Of a DNA stretch of 50,002 nucleotides, positions 29,061 to 38,100 are shown piece by piece. Under the pieces are notes generated by a model. The model was given only the letters and a program-made list of their open reading frames with translations. It was not told the origin of the DNA and searched no databases. The translations under genes were made by a program, and so were the position numbers. This DNA comes from an uncultured Clostridium sp. GTDB lineage: Bacteria > Bacillota > Clostridia > TANB77 > CAG-508. The stretch is from NCBI GenBank assembly GCA_900553865.1, contig USFC01000002.1, positions 1 to 50,002 on the forward strand. The letters run 5' to 3'. Positions within the stretch are counted from its first letter, which is position 1, and the number at the start of each line of letters is the position of its first letter.

Positions 29061-29668
29061 TTTTAAGTGTATTAGAAGAACTAAAAGCAGAAAAAGTAAT
29101 TATATGCAAGCAAGAAGAAAATGAAAATTATAAAAAATTCAAAAAGATTGTAAAAGATAAAAAAATAAAAGTTTATGTTGTAAAAAAGGGAGATAACTTT
29201 AAAATAGAAGAAGATATTTACTTAAGCATATTATGGCCAAAAGAGGAAATGATAAAAGAAAATGCAATAAACAATAATTCAATAGTTGCAAAACTAAGCT
29301 ATAAAGCATTTTCAATATTGCTTACAGGAGATATTGAAAAAATAGCAGAAGAAGAAATATTAAAAGAGTATAAAAATACTAATATATTAAAAGCAAATAT
29401 ATTAAAAGTGGCGCACCATGGCTCAAAATCATCAAGTATAAATGAATTTTTAGAAAAAGTAAAGCCTCAAATTGCATTAATAGGAGTAGGTGCAAAAAAT
29501 ACATTTGGGCATCCAAACGAAGGAGTTCTAAACAGGCTACAAAACTTAAACACCAAAACATACCGCACAGACCAAAATGGAGAAATAACAATAAAAGTGA
29601 CGCAATGGGGACGTTTCTTTTTGCAACTGTTTTTGGGGACGGAGCAAAAAAAAGTCAATACCCATTAG
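29039..29668 (+). pseudogene. comEC: Displaced original 3' end of comEC (metallo-beta-lactamase domain remnant without a 5' part)
   Basis: The remnant is colinear with 3668-4264: DHVGG.., NNNSIVAKL, LLTGDIE, LKVAHHGSKSS, ALIGVG, FGHPN, YRTDQNGEITI. The first 27 codons of track ORF 28958-29668 are att-site DNA with no ComEC similarity. Confidence 0.75.
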
Positions 29669-29760
29669 GGACGTTTCCGTTTGGTTAATCTGTCCCTTTT
29701 GGTGTGATAAAGCTCCTTTTGGTGGCATGAAGAAAATTTTGTGTCAGGTAAATTTATTTT

Positions 29761-29788
29761 AAAAAAGTGCGGGTACCCGCATTTTTTT
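29761..29788. terminator. Bidirectional terminator
   Basis: The GC palindrome TGCGGGTACCCGCA (29768-29781) is flanked by an A6 run and a T7 run. Confidence 0.6.
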
Positions 29789-29807
29789 AAAATGAACTGC
29801 TAATAAA

Positions 29808-29893
29808 CTTTGATTTTGTGTAAAACAGATACGTCACTAATCTTGATTTTGTGTAAATAATGACTTGAACAAATCTTGATTTTGTGCTACAAT
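29808..29893 (+). promoter_or_regulatory. Three 33-bp-phased direct repeats overlapping the promoter of the AAA ATPase gene
   Basis: TGATTTTGTG starts at 29811, 29844 and 29877. The promoter is TTGAAC (29865-29870), a 17-nt spacer, then TGcTACAAT (TACAAT 29888-29893). Confidence 0.5.
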
Positions 29894-29929
29894 ATAAACA
29901 AACACAATGTAGACGAAAGGAAAATATTT

Positions 29930-31282
29930 ATGAAAAGAAAAATTTATAAAGATATTCTTAAGTGGAAAGAAGAAAGTAATGGAACCACAGCATTGTTAAT
30001 TGAAGGAGCACGAAGGGTTGGAAAAAGCTATATAGCAGAAAAATTTGCAAAAGAAAATTATAAAACATATATTTTAATTGATTTTTCAAAAACGGCAGAA
30101 GAAGTAAAAAAATTATTTGATGAATACTTAGATAATTTAGATTATCTATTTACATATTTAACTCAGTATTATGGAGTTAAATTATATGAAAGAGAATCAT
30201 TAATTATTTTTGACGAAATACAGTTTTGCCCAAGAGCAAGAGGAGCTATTAAGCACTTAGTTGCAGATGGAAGATACGATTATATAGAAACAGGTTCATT
30301 AATATCTATAAAAAAGAATGTTAAAGATATTCTAATACCTTCAGAAGAGGAAAAGTTGAAAATGTATCCATTTGACTATGAAGAATTTTTATGGGCAATG
30401 GGAAATGATACACTAATGGATTTTATAAGAGAATGTTATAAAAATAAAAAGCCATTAGGGCAAGTGCTACACAGAAAAGCAATGGATTATTTTAAAGAAT
30501 ATTTAATTGTTGGAGGAATGCCACAAGTAGTGGATATATATTCAAAAACAAGAGATTTTGAAAAAGTAGATAAAATAAAAAGGAATATATTAAATTTATA
30601 TAGAGAAGATATTAGAAAACATGCAGAAGAATTAAATCTAAAAGTAGAGCAGATATTCGATACTATTCCTTCTCAATTGCAAAAGCATGAGAAAAAATTT
30701 AATATATCAAACTTAGATGAAAATGCAAGATATAGAAATTATGAAGGAGCGTTTTATTGGCTTAATGATGCAGGGCTAATTAATATTGCGTATAATACTA
30801 CAGAACCTAGCATAGGACTGGGGCAAAGAATAGATACAAATGCGCTAAAATGTTATATGTTTGACACAGGTTTGCTATTATCAATGACATTTAATGAGAA
30901 AAATTTAGTTAATGAAGAAATTTATAAAAAAATTCTTTTTGACAAATTGTCTTTTAACGAAGGTATGATATTAGAAAATGTAGTAGCGCAAATGCTTGTG
31001 GGTGTAGGAAGAAAATTGTACTTTTTCTCTAGGAACGAAAGAGAAGATAGTTCAGAAACAATGGAAGTAGATTTTCTAATTTCAGCAGATAAAATAACTT
31101 CAAAGCATAACATAATACCAATAGAAGTAAAATCAGGAGATAGATACGCATTTGCATCTTTGAAAAAATTACAAAATAAATATAGCGATTACTTAGAAAA
31201 TGCTATAATAATTCATACTAAAGATTTAAAAGAAGAAGGTAATATTCTATATATTCCAGCATATATGACGATGCTATTGTAA
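29930..31282 (+). CDS. AAA+ ATPase with a C-terminal DUF4143-type (nuclease-fold) domain
   Basis: ATG 29930 follows AAAGGA. Walker A is GARRVGKSY and Walker B is LIIFDEIQ. The C-terminal motif is EVDFLI...IPIEVKSG. Confidence 0.85.
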   Translation: MKRKIYKDILKWKEESNGTTALLIEGARRVGKSYIAEKFAKENYKTYILIDFSKTAEEVKKLFDEYLDNLDYLFTYLTQYYGVKLYERESLIIFDEIQFCPRARGAIKHLVADGRYDYIETGSLISIKKNVKDILIPSEEEKLKMYPFDYEEFLWAMGNDTLMDFIRECYKNKKPLGQVLHRKAMDYFKEYLIVGGMPQVVDIYSKTRDFEKVDKIKRNILNLYREDIRKHAEELNLKVEQIFDTIPSQLQKHEKKFNISNLDENARYRNYEGAFYWLNDAGLINIAYNTTEPSIGLGQRIDTNALKCYMFDTGLLLSMTFNEKNLVNEEIYKKILFDKLSFNEGMILENVVAQMLVGVGRKLYFFSRNEREDSSETMEVDFLISADKITSKHNIIPIEVKSGDRYAFASLKKLQNKYSDYLENAIIIHTKDLKEEGNILYIPAYMTMLL

Positions 31283-31304
31283 GAAAACTATTGAAATAAT
31301 GTAA

Positions 31305-31346
31305 ATAGTGCATAGATTTTTTTAATAATAAAAATTTATGCACTAT
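31305..31346 (+). terminator. Long A/T-rich hairpin after the ATPase gene
   Basis: ATAGTGCATA (31305-31314) pairs with TATGCACTAT (31337-31346), the stem extends through A/T pairs, and ATTTTT follows. Confidence 0.5.
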
Positions 31347-31486
31347 ATTTTTGTGCAACCTTAGAATTTTGCTAAACTAAAACGCCCCGTCCCTATCAGT
31401 TTTGCGAAAATTTTAAAAATTGGTATATTTTTACTAAAAAAATTCCATACTAAAGAAAAAAGCAATAGAGAGGAATTGAGTATAGT

Positions 31487-32068
31487 ATGAAAAAAAGTTA
31501 TATGTGGATTATAATAGGAATTTGTGCAATTGTTATTTTAGGCATTATTGTAGGAATTTTTGTTAGCAAAAATTCAACAAAAGATGAGCAAAAGGTAGAA
31601 ACGAAGTTAGTAAGCACAGAGCAAAATATTCAAAATGGTATAGAATTAATTTCAACTTCTTATGCAGAAGTAAAAGCGTCGCCAAACTGCTTATTTGAAT
31701 TTAAAACCTATTACAAAGGTTGCAAGCACACAACTACTAAAAGAGAGAATATACCAGAAGAATTGGTGAACAAAACAGAAATAGAAATGCAAGATAGGTA
31801 CAAAGATTATAAAATAGAAGAATTTACAGCAAATAATATTGTGCTTTATCAAGAAAAAGAAGGAATTTGTGATGAGCATTATTTATTAAAAGAAAATAAT
31901 GGCTATATTGCAATATATAAAATAGATAATGCTGGAAAAGAAATTTTAAAAGAAAATACTCAAATTGTTACAACATACCTTCCAGAAACAGATAAGCAAA
32001 ATTTAAAAAATGGAATAAAAATAATAGGAAAAGAAAACTTAAGTTTAACCTTAGAAGATTACGAATAA
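31487..32068 (+). CDS. Membrane-anchored protein with a BofC C-terminal-like domain
   Basis: An N-terminal TM helix is present. The C-terminal pattern CDEHYLLKENNGYIAIYKID...TYLPETDKQNLKNGIKI..KENLSLTLEDYE resembles BofC_C proteins of spore formers. This is from memory. Confidence 0.45.
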   Translation: MKKSYMWIIIGICAIVILGIIVGIFVSKNSTKDEQKVETKLVSTEQNIQNGIELISTSYAEVKASPNCLFEFKTYYKGCKHTTTKRENIPEELVNKTEIEMQDRYKDYKIEEFTANNIVLYQEKEGICDEHYLLKENNGYIAIYKIDNAGKEILKENTQIVTTYLPETDKQNLKNGIKIIGKENLSLTLEDYE

Positions 32069-32132
32069 AATGTATAATTTTCCACTTCTAGCAAATAATA
32101 TGTGCATAACATATTGCTAAGGAGTAATTTAA

Positions 32133-35100
32133 ATGGAATATAAAAACTTAAATTTAAAAGGAGCTAATTTAGATAAATATGGTTTAGAGCAATATTTAGA
32201 AAAATTGGCTTCTGATCATGTTTTACAAAAAAATAGTGAAAAGCAAACATACCCTATACCAAAGGTAAAAGAGAATTTTGCTAAAATTTCGGAGGTTTAT
32301 CATTTATTAGATGAACATATAAAATTAGGCATTCCCATTCATCCAGCAGGAGAATGGCTATTAGACAATTTCTACATTATCGAAGAAACTGTAAAAACAA
32401 TTATTAATCAAATGCCTTTAAAAAAATATAAAAACTTTTTAGGTATTGCAAATGGAACATACAAAGGCTTTGCAAGAATTTACGTTTTAGCATTTGAAAT
32501 TGTAAGTTATACAGATAGCCGTATAGATGCTAAAAATATTAGTAGTTTTCTTAAGGCATATCAAAGAAAAAAGACACTTAGCATGGAAGAAATATGGAAC
32601 TTAAATATTTTTATGCAAATAGCTCTAATACAGGGTATTAGTGATATATGTGAAAAAATTTATTTTAGCCAAATGCAAAAGTATAGAGTAGAAAACATTT
32701 TTGAAAGGCTAGTAGAAAAGAAAGAAGACTTAAAATATAAAAATCTTACAGAATATAAGGCACGTGTAAAAGGATATGGTGAGATGAAATATCCTTTTAT
32801 AGAGTATCTTTCTTATAGATTAAATAAACAAGGAAAAGTAGCTATTCCATTTTTGAATATATTGGAAGAACAAGTAAACAAAATGGGAACTACTATCGAA
32901 GAGGTAGTAAAGAAAGAACATTACGATATTGCTGTAAAAAAAGTTAGTATGGCAAATTGTATTACTAGTATGAAAGAATTGCTTCGAATTGACTTTTTAT
33001 CAATCTTTGAAGAAGTAAATGGAGTAGAAGAAATACTAAAACAAGACCCTGCAAAGGTTTATACAAAAATGGATTACAAAACAAAGGAATACTATAGAAA
33101 TGCGATAAAAGAGATTGCCAAAGAGACTAAAATTGCAGAGATTTATATTGCCAAAAAAGTTTTAGAGCTTGCTAGTAACCAAAATGAAAATACAAAAGAA
33201 GCACATATTGGTTATTACTTAATAGATAAAGGTAAACACAAATTATATAAAGTATTACAACAAAATGGCGAGAAAATTAAAGAAAATAATAGTAAGGCAA
33301 AATATTATATAATATTGATTTGGGCAGCTTCACTAATAATTGATATTGTATTTATGTGCAATATACAAAAACAATTAAGAAATGCGATTTTAACAATAAT
33401 ATTAGGAATTACTTTAATTTTTCCTATTCAAGAAATTGTGGTACAAGTTGTTCAATATATATTAGGAAAAGTAGTTAAGCCCAAACTTATACCAAAATTG
33501 GATTTTTATTCAGGTGTTCCAAAGGAATATTCTACATTTGTTGTTATTCCGACAATTTTAAAAAATAAAGAAAAAGTACAAGAATTAGTAAAAAAATTGG
33601 AAGTTTATTATTTAGCAAATAAAAGCGAAAACCTATATTTTGCACTACTTGGCGATTGTTCTTCAGGACCAAATAAAGAAGAACCTTTTGATGATGAAGT
33701 AATTAGTGAGGGAATAAAGCAAGTACAAATATTGAATGAAAAATATAAGGAAGAAAATAGTATACCAAAATTTCATTTTGTTTATAGAAAACGTTTTTGG
33801 AATGGTGAAGAAGAATGTTATTTAGGCTGGGAAAGAAAAAGAGGATTATTAAATCAATTTAATGATTATTTATTGGGAAAAATAGAAAGTCCATTTTTAG
33901 TAAATACGCTAGAAAAAATAGATAAACCATTTATAAAATATATAATTACTTTAGATGCAGACACTAACCTTATATTAAATAGTGGATTAGAGCTAATTGG
34001 TGCAATGGCTCATATTCTAAATAAACCTGTACTTAATAATAAAAAAAATTTAGTAATAGATGGGCATGGGTTAATGCAACCACGTGTTGGAATTAATTTA
34101 GAAGCGGCAAATAAAAATCTATTTACAAAAATATTTGCAGGGAGTGGAGGAACAGACTTATATACAAACGCAATATCAGATGTATACCAAGATAATTTTG
34201 ACGAAGGAATATTTACAGGAAAAGGAATCTATGATTTAAGGGTATTTTCAGAGGTGTTGTCAAATGAAATTCCAGAAAATACAGTTTTAAGTCATGATTT
34301 ATTAGAGGGAAGTTATTTAATGGCAGGACTATGTTCAGATATATTGCTAATGGATGGATATCCAACTAATTATTTGAGTTTTAAGGCAAGACTTCACAGA
34401 TGGATTAGAGGGGATTTTCAAATAGCAAGGTGGTCAGGAAATAAAATAATAGATAAAAAATTGATAGAAAAAGAAAATCCGTTAAATACACTATCTAGGT
34501 ACAAAATAATAGACAATTTAATAAGAGCTATAACCCCTGTATTTTCAATGTTAAGCTTAATTATACTATTTATAGCAAATATATTTTTGAAATTTAAAGT
34601 TGGGGTATTTGCTTGGTTTATTGTAATATGGGCAATGTTCCCGTTTATATTAGATATTGCAAATCGAATTATCTATAAAAAAGAAGGACAAATGCATACA
34701 AAATCATTTAGCCCTAGATTATATTCTTTATTTGCAAGTTTTATAAGAGGAGTATTAAGTTTAATTTCTTTACCAGACAAAGCATATTTTTCACTTGATG
34801 CTATTATAAGAACTATTTATAGACAAAAGATTTCTAAAAAACATTTGCTAGAATGGACTACTTCAGAGGAAGCAGAAAAATTAGCTAAAAATAATTTGAT
34901 TTCATACTACAAAAGTATGTGTGCAAATGTAATTTTGGGTGTAGCGGGAATAATTTACTCTATCGCCAGCAAAAAATATATATTTTTGTTTATATTATCT
35001 TTATTATGGTTAATTGCACCATTTGCATTTTGGTATATAAGCCAAAAAGAGGAAGAACAACAAGCAATTAGTAAAGTTACAAATAAAGAAAAAGAATATT

Positions 35101-38100
35101 TAAATAGTATAGGCAAAAAAACATGGCTATTTTTTAAAGAGAGTATAACTAAAGAAAATAATTATTTACCACCAGATAATTACCAAGAGGATAGAACTCC
35201 TTATTTTGTAGATAGGACATCATCTACAAATATAGGACTTGCTTTTTTAAGTATAATTTCTAGTTATGATTTAGGTTATGAAACATTAGAAAGCACACTA
35301 GAATTATTGAATAATATGTTAGTAACAGTAAATGAACTTCCAAAATGGAATGGTCATTTATATAATTGGTACAACATAAAAACATTAGAACCATTAATTC
35401 CACGTTATATATCAACAGTAGATAGTGGAAATTTTGTGGGATATGTATATGTTTTAAAACAATTTTACAAAGATATAAAAGAAAAAATTGAAACTGGACA
35501 AATAGAATTAGATGTAGAAACAAAAGAAAAATTATTAGGATTTATTCCTGAATGGGTAAACAAAAAAGTAGAAGATATACCTATAGCAAATGCAGATTTT
35601 TCAAAGCTTTATGATGAAGAAAAGGGATTATTTTCTATTGGATTTAATATAGAAGAGAACAAATTAACAGATTCTTATTATGATTTGTTGGCTTCTGAAG
35701 CAAGAAGCGCAAGCTTTGTTGCAATAAGCAAAAAAGATATTCCATCAAAACATTGGGGCCATTTAAGTAGAACAATGACAGATATAAATGGATATAATGG
35801 CTTAATTTCTTGGTCTGGAACAGCATTTGAGTATTTAATGCCAAATGTAATAATAAAACAAGAAGAAGGAAGTTTATTAGATGAATCTATAAAATTTATG
35901 CTAATGAGCCAAAAAGAATATGCAAAAAAATTAGGAATACCTTGGGGATTTTCTGAAACAGCATATTATTTAAAAGACTTGAATAACAACTATCAATATA
36001 AGGCAATAGGAATTCCGTGGCTGGGACTAAAAAGAGGGTTAGAGGAAGACATGGTAGTTGCAAGTTATGCTTCTTTTATGGCACTTTTAATAGAACCAAA
36101 AGAAGTAATAGCAAATGTAAAGGAATTAGAAAAACAAGGAATATATAACAAGTATGGATTTTACGAATCTATGGATTATACGCCTATACGTATGCCAAAA
36201 GGCAAAAAACAAATGCCTATAAAAACCTATATGGCACATCATCAGGCACTTATCTTATTATCAATTAACAACTTTTTTAACGATAATATTTTACAAAAAA
36301 GATTTATGGAAAATCCAGAAATAGAAGCAACATCAATTTTACTTCAAGAAGTAATGCCAGAAAACAGAATTATAACAAAAGAAGAAAAAATAAAACCAGT
36401 AAAAATAACTTACAAAGACTACGAAAACTATGCACAAAGGGTGTTTACAAAAACAAAAGAAACACTTCCAATTTGCAATGTAATATCTAATGATAATTAT
36501 AGTGTAGTAATGGATGTAAAAGGAAAAGGTTATAGTAAATATAAAAATTATTTAATAAATAAATATAATGTAACAGAAGATGAAACAGAAGAACAAGGAA
36601 TTTTATTCTATCTAAAAAATATTAAAAATAAAAGAATTTGGAGCATTAATAATAGGAATGATAATATAAAAGCAGATAAATACGAAATAGTATTTACAGA
36701 AGATTCAGATAAAATAAAAAGAACTGATGGGGCAATAAAAAGTACTTGCAAAGTAACAATAGCTAGTACAAATGAAAAAACGCCGGTTGAAATACGAAAT
36801 TTAGAGTTGCAAAATAATGGAGTAGAAAATGAAACAATAGAAATAACAAGTGTATTAGAGCCAGCACTTGCCTCACAAACAGAATATAATTCACATCCTG
36901 CATTTCAAAAATTATTTTTAATATATGAATATTTAGAAAATGAAAACATTTTTATAATAAAAAGAAAAGACAGGAAAAATACAGAAAAAGGCTTATATTT
37001 AGCAGTGTCTTTATATACAAATGATAATGTAATAGGAGATTTAGAATATGAAATAGACAAAGAAAAATTTGTAGGAAGAAATAATTTTGAAATTCCTACA
37101 ATGGTAAAAAATTCTAAGCCATTTTCTAAAAGAATAGATTTGGTAACAGATCCAATTTTAGCATTAAGAAGGACAATATGTTTAGAGCCAGAACAAATAG
37201 CTAACTTTAGCCTATTAATTTGCGCTTCAGAAAGCAGAGAAGAAGTAATACAAAATATTAAGCAATATCAAAGAGAAGAAGAGATTAAGAAAGCATTTGA
37301 ATTATCAATTGCAAAAGCAGATACAGAAGCAAGATATTTAAGACTAAATGCAAAGCAAATAGTAACTTATCAAAAAATATTAGGATACCTTTTATTTGAG
37401 AATTCTATTCAATCAAAAGAAAAGTATAGTAAAAAATATTATCCTAAAGAAGAATTATGGAAATATGGAATTTCAGGGGATTTACCGATATTACTTGTAA
37501 AAATAAGTAGTAGCAATGAAAAAGATAATTTGGAAGAAATACTAAAAGCATATGAATTTTTTAGATTAAAAAATGTAGAAATAGATTTAGTAATTTTAAA
37601 TGAAGAACCAAATAGTTATGAAAAATATACAAAAGAAACAATACAAAATACAATAATGAATTTGAATTTATCTTATGTACAAAACATAAGAGGTGGAATT
37701 TATGTACTAGAAAATGAAGATTTTGAAGTAGTAGAATTTTACTCAAACCTTATAATAGATACAAAAAAAGGTCCAGTAGCAAGGCAATTAGAAGATTTAG
37801 AAGATGAATATTTAGAAAATATAAAACAAATAGAAGAAAAAACAAAAACAAACTTTGAAGGTTTCGAAGAAGAAAAAAATAAAATAGCCTTATCAGAAAA
37901 TCTTTTATATAACAACGAATATGGAGGCTTTTCACAAGATAGAAATAAATACAAAATAATAGTAGATAAAGAAAATAGGCTTCCTACAGTATGGAGTCAT
38001 GTTATGGCAAATGATACTTTTGGAACATTAGTTACAGAAGCAGGAGGAGGCTTTACTTGGAGTAAAAATAGTGGATTAAATAAATTAACTGCATGGAGTA

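Noticed and set aside
28958-29668. Track ORF 28958-29668 as an intact 236-aa gene
   Set aside because: ComEC similarity starts only at codon ~28 (ETDH). The upstream codons are the att-site repeats, and there is no RBS. It is treated as a displaced 3' gene fragment.
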